This document shows positions 39,601 to 52,000 of a stretch of DNA of 64,000 nucleotides, piece after piece. The notes under the pieces were generated by a model. That model saw only the letters and a list, made by a program, of their open reading frames with translations. It was not told where the DNA came from and ran no database searches. The position numbers and the translations under genes are program-made. Numbering within the stretch: the first letter of the stretch is position 1; each line of letters opens with the position of its first letter. The DNA comes from Balanoglossus misakiensis (lineage: Eukaryota > Animalia > Hemichordata), in the NCBI GenBank assembly GCA_040954595.2, contig CM082578.2:14352304-14416303 (forward strand), written 5' to 3'.

Positions 39601-42600
39601 GATTGTGCCACTTAATGCTTTTTCAGACAACAGTCGCATCTCCATCATCAATTTCTGTTGTGTGCCTAAAAATATAGTTGTACAAGCGCCAGTCATTTCT
39701 GGAGCGAATCTTTTTTGGTGATTTTACATTCAGGCTCAGAGTGCTCCATACTCATCTCGTTTGACTCTTTGCTTGATAAACATTTGAAAGTGATATTATG
39801 CATGTTACAGGTATATTTGCGCACATCTCAAAGACAGCAATACTTGAGAAGAAACATTTACATTTTGCGAGTGGTATTCACCACAATGGTACCCGCTCTT
39901 CCCGCAGACTGCTAAACCAATAACACAGTTGAAAAGGCATTTTAATCTGTCAACACGACTTGAAAAACCTCGCTATTCTGATAGCCATCTGGCCAGGAAG
40001 AGTACTGTGTAACCATCACGTAGCCAAATGCAGCTTGCTGTTAATAATAAATTAGATACTGTCTGCAGCCTATCTCAGAACTAAAACCAGAGTCGCACCT
40101 TTTCAAACCTTTATCTTTAAATGGGACATGTTAAACCTCAAATTCTCTATAGGCAGCAAAATTATTCATGTTTTTGATAAAATTCATTTTAAATATTGTT
40201 GTGGAAAGATACGGCAAGTGGTTATCAGAATTCTCTGTGGGCTTAGATTTATTAAAAATGAAATGAAAAGATAAGTCTTGTTGAAAATATTTTTCCCTAT
40301 ATAGATGTGTTTCACCTGGCCCAAGTTGGTAAAGTTTACATAACTTTGACTTCAGGGACTGAGCAAATGCAAATGTGACAAAGCTGCTTGTATAGTGAAG
40401 GAAACAGAACTCATTTATAGGTTGTACATTAATGTTGAAAAATGAATTTACATACAGCTTTGGATACAACATGCTCATGCCCAAAGTTTGCAAATGCCAG
40501 TTGATTTTAAAACTGGCCTACAGATACTTCACTCACCATTGCAGTATAATGGGCACAAATATGAAGGTTAAGAAACTATTATTCAATACTTGTAAACACA
40601 CTAAATCGTGTGTATGAATAATGATATCACTTCTCAGAAATTTAGACGAAATGCCAGTTTAGTTCCACATCAAGACTGTAAGCGACCTTCAGTTAATTGG
40701 GCAGGCAAGTTGTTAGTAGAAACAGAGAAGTGTGTTGGCAGAATCAATTTTACAGGTCAGTCCGTCCGCACAATACAATGGATAATGTGGGCACACAAAA
40801 TCAATACCATTACTGCAACCAGATCTATATCTTGTAATTTAATATCAAGAAAATTAGATTTTGTGCCGGTTATAAAGTCAGCATACACATAAGCTCACCC
40901 TGTATTTAAAAAAATGATTGCATGCGGTTGGTTAGAGCGATACTATCTTGTTATATTTAACTCGTTATTCCCATATGAATCTCAAAATGTCCTCAAGTTT
41001 GATGAGATACGCATATCTAAAATGATATAACCCTCATGGGATTTGTTCTGAAATGTTCTTCCCCTCCGCACTTGTGATATCTGTCTTGGCTTTTCTGGGG
41101 AACATCTTTGCATACTGATAGATGTCACATGATGAAATCAAGTTTGGGAACACAAAATATTGCTTGTGAGCTCACATCATTATTTGATGCTCTCATATTT
41201 AATATGTTTGCATAATAATTACATTCTTAAGTAGTGTGTAAATCTTGAATTCTGGAGAAATACTCCAATTTCAACATGAAAAGTGAAAACCTGATTCATG
41301 TATTGCATTGCAGCAAGAATATGTTGGCTAAATATTCCGTCAGTGAAATACTGGATGTTTGACCATGAAAATAGCTTTGCATTCATAAAATAGATTTAGC
41401 AATACGTGGTTATCTACATAACATGTATATGAAACACTGTATGTTGTTACTTGCCCAGTATATATTGTGGCTTACAATTTGGTGCATTTACACAAAAATA
41501 GATAACTACACTAACATCCATCATTCCCAACGGTGTGCTTGGTATATTTTCGGCACACTTTATAAAATATCACCCGCCTCATTTATATATAACACAGCAG
41601 ACACTTTTGATGGTACATGTAGGCCAATTCGATTTCTGCTTGTACATCAGACAGTGAAAGTGATCACCGAAATCTGAAACGTACAAGGTTAAATGTCTAT
41701 TAATAACCTGAGTTGCTGATGTTGCATGTATGTAGCAGAAATTGTCATCACTTAAAATGATAAAGATTTGATCCTCTGTTGAGTTACTCTAAATCAGAGC
41801 CTGAAAAATTATGACAACTTTGTATTTCATATTTTACTATGATAAAACAGGATTTGTTCCTTGACCACCTAAATGAGCTGGACTATTATGATAATGGGGA
41901 ATGTAGACTATTATGGGATTGATTGCAGCTATCCCACTGTTTGAGTAATGAGAAAACACTGCATGCTGTCCAGACAGGAAGTCAGGTATATTGCTCCACG
42001 CAGTAATATCGCCGTCGTCGATGCAATATCACACCGCCAGAAATAAATCTACACGCGTTTTAATATCATCATGAATTTCACCAAATGGCCGCTGGTAATA
42101 GCGATATGGCTTTATGAAATATGGCAAATATTTACACAGCTCTCCGGTGAAAGAAAGAAAAAAATGGAAAGTCAAAATGAAAGTGGCTGCGAAGTAGCAT
42201 CTGAGGGTGTCGTTCTTCCGTTTCCTTTTTCCAACCAGAAATGACGCACTGAGAAATATTGAATAAAAGTCACACTGGTGGTGGATGTTTGTTCGCTGTC
42301 ACTGCTTGAAATATGTCCATGAGAATCCTGGGTAGAATTCATCTCAGTGGGTGCTATTTATAGCATTGGTGTTGGCAAGAAACCTGCGGAAACCATACAT
42401 GCAAATTAAGCCATATTGAGATTAATTATTAGCTTATGTAGTACTAAGTGTAACTAATGTCTTTCGACTGAAAAAAAAAGAGTACTCATTTGCTGGATGT
42501 ATACTGTACCTGAAAATGATGAATTTACTCAGAATCATTAATCTTTATTTCATGGTAAATGAGTGTATGGGTGGAATTCATTTGTGGCCATCAATCACCG

Positions 42601-45404
42601 GGGATGTATTTGAAGAAGATACAAATCGTGCACATTACAGAATGAGAATGTCCACTAGATTTACATCTCTTGTTTCTGTTCTTCTTGTGATTTGTTTTCC
42701 CATAAGTTTCTTTCAAGGGATAAAATAATGTTTTTTGGGGGTTACATGCGCATGTTCTTCAGTATGATCTAGTCTGCTAAATGTATCTGAATTTCCATGA
42801 ACTCGAGTTATTTTCACTTGTCATCGTCTGGGAAATGCCTTCAAATAAAGTTGTGGTCTGTACATCTACCTGTCGCATGTCAGCCACTCACGGTCCACTG
42901 ATATTACAACAAGTGTCACCATCCATAAGTCTTTGCATGACATATGTGACAGTGCAATTAGCAAAGTGCTTGTTTTGTGTTGCATCTGTCACTCTGTCCG
43001 CCTTATTTTAGGCGTCAGAATAATGCCGGACAATTGCCTGTCCAGTTTGTGGATATGTGTGACAGTTGTGTAATTACCTTGTCTCCAAAATATTTGTAAT
43101 TATAACTCACAGGAATTTCATCAGTCTTTGGAAACAGATAGAGGTGAAATCCCACAATAGTTGTTTCATTTGAATAGTGTTTTTCAACTCCAGTTATCAG
43201 TTACCAGATTGTTTGATGAGATCCAGATTTGGCATCCAAACACAAACTGCTTCATGGATGCTGTAACCAGTACAACAGAGATCATACCTGTTCAATGTCA
43301 GATGATCCGAATTATTTCCATAGGTGTTTTTTCCCCCCAGATAGTGCCAGCTTTTTATACTGTTCTAATTCCCAAGACCGTGGAACCACTTTCCAGATAA
43401 TTGCAAACTGTGTACATACCAAAGGGGAAACTTATTTTCACAATCTCAGTGATGCTTCTGTTAGAAAGCACTTAAAAAGAAGGTCAACCCAAGGACACCC
43501 AGATTTTCTCAAATGCATAGAACAAGACGCTTACAAATAGGAAGGTTTACACGTATGGAAATAGGATTGAGCTGGGTAGGAAACAAATTACACAAACCAA
43601 GAGATGTAGACATCATGAGTAAACATTTGTTTTGCTTTTTTCCTATGCAGAATGCAAAGTCTAGATTATGTCACTGCATCTTGTTTGATGGTTTGGATGA
43701 AGTCCAACCAGTCCATGGAGACATGCACGTTTCATAGCATACACTCAAGTAATAAAATCCCCTGGACGTGACTCTTCCTTAATCCCTGTAATGGCATGAA
43801 ATCAGTTTTGAATTAATCTGTCCCGATCGACCGGTTTTTACGGAATGGACATTCCTGTATCCATTGTATTTGAAAACCCTTATCTATACAATGTATCATC
43901 CAGTTTTATTAAAACCATAAACATTGTATTATGTATAAACAATTGTTACTTGTCTTCAGCATTTTGAACAGAAGTTTAACCTGTAATGTTGGGGATCTGC
44001 CTACAAATGTTCTGCAACTCAAAATAAGAATTTACAAAGTGTAGAACATGCAGACGGGGGTTTAATATTTGCCACAATGGTGCTGATTGCTAACATGCTG
44101 ATAAACCATGCACTTAAATGACACAACCAAATATCCTGTCGGTCCCACCTTTAAGAGAGGGAAGAAAACAGGTGATATAAATGATGTATTCTGCTCATTT
44201 TATCGGCTCAAGCAGAGCACTTCATGGTCATCAAAAATTTATGAAGACTCAAATTTTCTGCGAACAGTACACATGACACCTACATTAATGTCTTTTGCAC
44301 TCATGAAATATTGGGTGATGGCATTTAGTGTCAGGAGGGACTTTTGCATCGTGAGCAAGTTCAAGTTGTGGTTGACTCGTCTTGTTCACCTGAAGAAATA
44401 GAAACAAAGATTCCTACTTTCTGCCGCAGAATTGTGCCACCTCCACCTATCATTTCCCAAGGACTACCGTAATTTCATTGGTTTTATTGTAGTATAAGTA
44501 CTACATAAATAATATTACTGAGGCAGTCTTGTTTGAGGTCTTTGGTTACATTATAGTTAAAACACTGTTAAATCATCACATCTATGATGTTGCACTAGAG
44601 AGATCGGACAATTTGCAGACATCACACTTTTGTGAGCCGTTCCTTCTACAGGAATAACTGTGAGCCGAAAAGAATATATAGTTTATGAATAAGTAATCGA
44701 TAGTAAATGAATAATATCCTCTAAAGCTGCAGTAACTGTATTGTTTATGTCTTTGTGTTCGGTGAGACTTTTTCCTGGAACAGTTTGATTTCCACTGGGT
44801 TATTGTTTCCACATCCTGACGGTTCAGTTCTGAATATCCTGTTTGTCACTGTTGCAGTGTGCATGTTTTTTTGAGAATTGTCGAATACAGGAAAAAAATG
44901 AGAAATTTCATTGTAATTTTAAATGATCATTGCATCCATGATTGAGGCAAACGCCGTTGCTATGGTAGCTAGATTTCAGTCTTTTTTATGATTTCTATCA
45001 TTTTGGATGTCTTGATATGTGTGAAGGAGTTCCATACACCATTTTGTTTGCAAATGTATAATTTCACTGAAACTAAATCTCAGACTATGTATTATTGATT
45101 AATTTTGAATTTCCACTTGACCTCCATTGATTGTTTTCCTTAATTTGGAAAGCTGACTGAAATGCTCCCTTGAGGATTAAAAGGATACTTTCTATATTTC
45201 TGTATTCTATAATGTTAAGATCAGAAAACCATGTTATCTCAATATTTAACATTCAAAATGGCCACCAATTAAATTATTAATTCTTTGGAGCTTTTAGTAT
45301 TAAAAGGTTGTCAACAACCTATACATGTATTTTGTGCGTTTATATCCACATTGAACATTTTTCATGTTAAATAATATTTTCTTGCTTACTTTTTCTCTTG
45401 ACAG

Positions 45405-45567
45405 GTATGGTGACCTGGTGCCGGGGACGATAATCGGCAAAATTATAGGAGGTTTTTGTTCACTTAGTGGAGTACTTGTCATAGCCTTACCAGTCCCTGT
45501 AATTGTATCAAATTTTAGTCGAATTTACCAACAAAATCAGAGGGCGGACAAACGGAAAGCGCAAAAG
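45405..45567 (+). CDS. Shal: Kv4/Shal second coding exon: selectivity filter and S6 ([54 protein letters not shown])
   Basis: Acceptor ttttctcttgacag|, donor AAG|gttagt. 163 nt. Completes TTLG-YGD and contains the PVP motif. Confidence 0.96.
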
Positions 45568-45820
45568 GTTAGTAGTGTTCATATTATCTTTTGTGTTGGA
45601 TATTGCCCCTTGCCCTGATGGGAACTAATGTGGCAGTATCTTGTCAGGAAGGATTTGTATATGGTGGGTTTGGTTGACCTTGGCCTTGATGGTCTGCCTG
45701 AAAGAGGATTTGATTTTGTTTGTGCATTTGACAGTTCACCATCAGTTTTAGCAAACCAGAACTGAATAATGTGAAAGAAGAAATCTTGTTATTGCTTTAG
45801 TTCTTTTCAGGAGAGTACAG

Positions 45821-46018
45821 TCTGATTAAAATCAGATGTAGAATTACATGTAGGTGTTGTCTCTTCCTTTGGTGATAATTTTGGCTGTTCTGTTCTCTCA
45901 GCTTTGGCTGTTCTGTTTTCTATCTCGCCTGTTCGCAAAGGCATCCCTTCCAAACCGAACAGCCAAGAATCAGCAAAGGTAAAGACAGCGCCTAACTCCA
46001 CATCTGATTTTAATCAGA
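45821..46018. mobile_element. 198-bp fold-back / MITE-like element with ~65-70 bp inverted arms
   Basis: The left arm tctgattaaaatcagatgt..ttggctgttc aligns to the reverse complement of 45957-46018. The terminal 19 bp are perfect, and each terminus is itself near-palindromic (tctgatt-aa-aatcaga). Confidence 0.8.
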
Positions 46019-49000
46019 TCATTGAGAAGAGGAACCACCAAATGAAGACCAATTGGGGGGTTTCTTTCATCAAAATATCACAATTTGTGATTAGTCATTG
46101 GTTGAGATACTTTATACATGTGTATGTGTATACAACAGAAATTATTAATTTGAATTATTCACATTTTAAGCACTTTGTGAGAAAGCGTGTGTGTGTGAGT
46201 GTGTGTGTATTCAATCTATGACCTTGAAAGTAAATTAATACAGTCAACAAAAAAGGCATGATAGAATTTGTGATTCCTCTGAGGTTCATTGGACTCTGCA
46301 GACGTCAACAGACTCTCACGATGGTGTGTGCGTTTTGACCTTGCGTCAGGGGTAACGCATAATTCTTGTAAATCATAATTTTATTGCTGGTCTCCCCCTC
46401 ATCGTTAAAGACCGTTACCCTGGCAACGTTAATTGGCAGTTCGTTGGTTTTTTTTGCCAGACCCCTTGGCAAGTGCAGACACTTACTGGGGAACTGTATA
46501 GAGAGCTAGATTAGAGGTGATGGTGTAATATGGATTCAGTTTATGGTTAATTTGAACTGACAGAAAAGAAAAGGTGAAAAGATGGACACCTTTGGAGTTC
46601 ATTTCAGTTGATAAAGTGGGGGGTATTAGAACTGCAGTCTGTGCTGTTTACGTTTATTGCTTGAACATGAAATATGACTGTAAGAGGCTTATGTACAGGT
46701 AATTTTGAATATTATCTGTTATTTTTGAGGAGCATTAATATACTCCATTGCTTTGATTGATAAGAAGGCATCTCTCCAAGGAACTGATCAGAAAGCCACC
46801 ATTCTTTACGATAGTTGTCTTTTGCCATTTAGCATCAAGTTCAAGTATCCAGCTGGGTTTCCAAAAAGTCACAAGTTTGTAGGAGTAAATTCGACGAGAT
46901 TGTTCTTTGTTTCTTGAGTCATAAATTTGTTTCAAGGAGAGCTGAAAGTACAGCCACAAAAAAAAAAACAACAACATGATTATCAACAGAATCTCAGGTT
47001 TTGTTTTTCACCAATAACAGCATTCAGTGAGAGAGTTCCAGTTTGTATTATCTCTGCCAATTTTACATTTTATTGATTTCAATGACGTATTCAAGGCACT
47101 GAAAAGGTGAAGATTTGACGTTTTTATCTAAACCATCTGTTATGATTACCTTTGAAAACATATGTAGCCAAAACAACATGTGCCACTTTCTCACCATTTT
47201 CAGACAGTTTCTAGCGCCATGTTTTTTTTTTCAAAAGTCTTTTGAGAATATGTAACCTCAAACCAAATTATAAAATTTCAACAGAAATCTTCTTTGGTAT
47301 AGAAAAGTTCAATTATTTTAGTGGAAAGTTTTGTGAATTCAATAACACTCAGATTTCCAGATAATCTTCCTGTGTAAATTGATTTGATGGAAATTGTCAT
47401 CCAGTGCCAAGATCCTTTCCTTGGGATATTGTAATTCTGTCCTGCTCTCCAGGTTAATAACCTGATAGGCAATCGATAAAGCTCCCTAAATGTCCCCAAT
47501 AAAGAAAAGGAAATCTTTGTGAACATGGAGTTGTAGCCATCAATCTTGATTGACAGCACAGCTGACAATGGCATTGCCTTTACTTTGATAATGTTCATAA
47601 ATTATTACTGTGAACCAAGTGTACATGTAGAATTTAGCTTTTCTAAAAATTCCTGAAACTACTCCTACCACTACCATTGCTTGTACTAAAATTAATAATA
47701 ACATCTCAAATCCACAGATACTGAGATCAGTGAAGCTTAAAATACAGCTACAGCCTATACTTAGATAAAAAGCAACATAGTAGTTCAAAAACAATAAAAT
47801 TGGAAATTTGAAAGAAGACAAGTCTTTTTTGGTCCTCACCATAATGGTTGAACTAATTTTGAATTTTCATGACCATAAATTTGAACATAGTAGTGTATAA
47901 AAAAAAACACGGAGAATGTACTTTTTGTGTCAGGCTCAGCTGTTACCCAGCTGTTAGTCAGAGGTCCCCTCTCCCATAGTTTCAGATTATACTTTACTAG
48001 TTTGGATGACCGACTACTCCATAGAATAAGGCTGACTGCTTTGTCCTTGGTTTTCATATATTTCTTAATGCGAACACAGAGTGCTCCAATTTTCTTCCCT
48101 AAAAGAATATATTATTCATGATATTAGGTTGCATTCAATTAGAATTCAAGGATTCAAGGAAGTTATTACTCTTGGTTATGTTGGCATAGTACGATTGTGA
48201 TGGTATATCAGGCTTTTGTTCAAATTACCTTTTCATGTATGAGTTTGAAATTAAACAAATGTTTTTGGTGGCGGGCCGTAATGGACAAATATTGAAGTAC
48301 TGAATGAGAAGGAATTGGCTCATCCATCATTGTGTTATCCAACAGCGCTATGTAGGTTAATGGGTGTTAACGAGGTACTTTTGATTTCTGTCTGAAAGGT
48401 GTGTGTCCTTGTGTATGATCCTGAGGACGTAACTCAGTTTGGAATCTTCTACTTATTTTCCTCAAAGTGGTGACCTCAAGGTCAGGGTGACTCTGACTGT
48501 TTCTGTGACAGACATGATGTCTGCACAGAGGCCATGGAGAAGTGTTGTTGCAGAATTGACAAATGACAGCAAATATGGCGTGTGAAACATTCGGGCAGAT
48601 TGTCAACTTACACCTGCCTATGCTGCTCCCCCAGTGTCGGGTCGACTTGCCCTAGTTGCGTATGATGAACTTAATTTAACATGGAGTTCCTTGTCCTTCA
48701 TTTACATGAATGTGGATATAAAGACTAAGATCTATAAATTTTCCCTTGTTCACAAGAATCTGCCCAAAAGCTCTACCACTTATATAAATTACCTTTACAA
48801 TATCAGTTCTGAAAAATAAAATAAAAAACACATGTTCAGTCACTTACGGACAAAGCATTCATTGTGGAAATGAGATATTTTGTAAAGATGGGTGTATTTG
48901 CTCCAGCTGAAGTAATTCTGCTAATTACCAATGTCATCTATTATGAATGTGGTTTTACTTTTGCGAAGAAGGAGTAGATGGATCCTAGTGTCTGCCACTC

Positions 49001-52000
49001 AACAGAATTCCACTCTATTGCAAAGCCTTGTGCTGTTTTAATAACAGGTTCAACATGAGGACTTTGCTTAGAAACAGTCGTCTTTTCTGGCTGAGTCAAT
49101 TAAGGGTGTGTGTGTACTATAAAAACAGAATTTTCACTTCCCCATAGGATTACAGTTTAATCAAGAATTGCTGTTCTACATGTACTATCGTTACTTCCAT
49201 GAAATTTTTCACATCAGCTTGAGAATTCAAAATAACTACATGTAGCACGGCGACCCTCTATTTTTGTATGGATTTTGGTCAATCCTTAAGAAGTTTCAGA
49301 AGATTTGCAATCACAAGAAATTATTTTCAAGTAGAAAGACCATACATTTCTAATGAGAACTCATGCGTTCAATAGATTGACTCCAGGAAAATTTGTATTC
49401 CTCATACACTGAGTGTTTTAAGATTTATAGTTGAAAGAATTTTAGATATTAATGGATGCTTTGGCCTGCTGGCGTATTCGAGCAGAGTAATTGTTGTTTG
49501 TTGGTGTTAGGCTTTATAGAACACACTGTTTTACCAAAGTTATGTCAAATGAAAGTAAATGATAATAAACAATCGAATCATCAGGGTGTGAAGGTTAGAA
49601 TTGAAGCTCCTTCAGTTGTCACAATCCCAAGATTCTCATACTTTGTTAGTATCTCTGAGCAGGGATGGCAGTTCACTGTAAACAGGCGATAAATTTAAAC
49701 TGAAGGTAAATTGCCCGGGTGCAGAGAGCGAACAACTACAGCCAATGATGTCCATCACAGCTGCCATGTCTATAATGAAGTTGTTGTTGTCGCATCAAGC
49801 TCAGAGCTTGATAAATTAATCTGCATCCACGAGAAGGCCCCATAGCAAATCGAACGCACGATTTCTACTTTTGCAGACTGGGAGGGTTCTGCAGCTGACA
49901 GGGCTTGTTGTTTCAAGCAAGAGTCAGAAGGATGATGATAGGGAATTTGTCCTTGATCAGAAAGGTTGTTTATAATTCATCAGCTGAAGTTTGTGGTTTA
50001 TTAAAAGATCATAAATACCCTGTGTAATAAAATTGAAATGTTACATGACAAATGATATATAGCTTTCGGGTTGTTGAAAATTACTAATTAAACGTGTCTT
50101 CAGTTGTCCCAGTGTATGCAGCATCACTACATTAAAATCCACTCATTTTCTTACTTTATGTTGCGTGCTGTTTTTTTTTTGGACAGAGCCATTCTGCTCA
50201 CTCTCTCTATAATTGATATTAGGACAATTTTTGGCTTCTCACGATAGACAGGAAATTATATGAAGCATAATTTGGCTGAGTTTTATCCAAGATGGCTGAT
50301 AAGTATCAGGCATATACACATCAATGTACAATGGGCTGAACAAGAAATACTGTCAAGTTGGCGAGTACCCTTTGCACCCTGACCTGCTGTTTATCTAAGA
50401 GGACATCATTCTGATGTTTTCTTCCAAGCTGGGTTCAAAGTGTTATAGAAATTATTTGATTTCATATGTCAAGATATTGCAGCATAGACCCTTCAAGGTA
50501 TAAGATTCCAATGAGATTCTGCTTGCCAGCCCAGCATTGAAACACACACTACAGTAAATTTCACTTCCTCAGAAATACCCTCGTCTTTGAGCATACAGAC
50601 TCGACATTATGTGTGACTCGACAAGAACTGACTTCAGTTCAACCAGGGTAAATCTGGAAAATTCTGTGAGACGTCATTACACTCTGAAGTGAAGGTTTTT
50701 TGATGTAGCGGCGATATCACCTTGGAGATTGATTGTAGCCTGGTGACATCACTGATTCCACAGATAGAAAGTGGCTGAGTGGAAGAAGTCTGGTTGTTAC
50801 CTTGATTATATAAAAGCTTGGATAATTTTCCAAGATATGATATCCCTCCGAGGCCAACTTAAGAGGCCTTGCTCACAATTAGATTCCATTCCTTGGAGAG
50901 CGAGAGAGACACACACACACGCAACAACATGTATAGGCAAACTACTTGAGTTCAGAATTCGAACCAATCAGCCGACTTGTACCAGTGGTAAAAGCTGCAG
51001 AGAATTGTCAAAATTATAAATTGCTGACTCAACACTTTCATGAGTTATTGTCTCTGAGCAAGGACGATTTTTCCCAAGAGAATGCCCATCACAACAAATG
51101 TAATAATCAGTTTGATTTGCAAGTAATGAACCTTTCCAGTTGACCACATCTTGCACTGACACTTGAAGAAGTTATCAGTTTGTAAAGCCTAAGAAATTCC
51201 CAGAAATGTGCGACGCTTTTTTTATTTAAATGCATTCTCTTGTAATATTAATCCCATCTGAAACTAATACAAATTCCAAATTAATCTGTTCAGTCTATGA
51301 AATATGATAATGTCAACATGTTACGGATATGAGTGCTTCAAAAGGCGAAAATTAATTAAATTAATATCTGCAGTTTCCGGTTCGTTCTTCTGACTTGCAA
51401 CTGTTCAAATTTATCATTCTCCAAAAGTCAGTTTGATAAATGATACTCTTCACTTCTGTTAAATTTTGCTTCCAATGAGGTTTATAGAAAAGCATAGCAT
51501 TTTACAACGTTCTTTGAGAAGAAAATCTGTAAAAGTGGTCATGTTTATTTTCAAGAGCTTGGCTTTAGTTAAGCACTGAAATGCAATATATATTCACCAA
51601 AATATTAAAAATTAATAATAGATTGAAGTACTTGTGATGTCTTTATAATAGGTCAACTGTAATTTGGAGGAGATACCCTTACAACAATGCATGTAACTGT
51701 TTGATAGCTTAGCCTAAATTTTGCACACAGAAAAACCCACAACTTTTTGTGTAAACAGTTCTATTTTGGTCAACAAAATGCAAAGATTTATTGAAAGGGG
51801 TTTTGACAGTAAAAGGAGATTTAAAAACTCAATAAGGTTTCATCAACTCCATATTTGCTCTTATCGGACTGGTGCGTGTGGTTGCTATAACAACAGAACC
51901 ATCTGGGAAGAAGCAAGTGTGTATTTGCCTGTATGGATTGGGAGGTTTATGATGATTTCAGTCGTCTTTCATTTAGCGTTATTTGCTGTGTTGACGTTTA

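Noticed and set aside
45568-45618. Read-through tail [16 protein letters not shown] as a prenylated (CaaX) isoform
   Set aside because: CPLP is not a valid CaaX box, and the donor is canonical.
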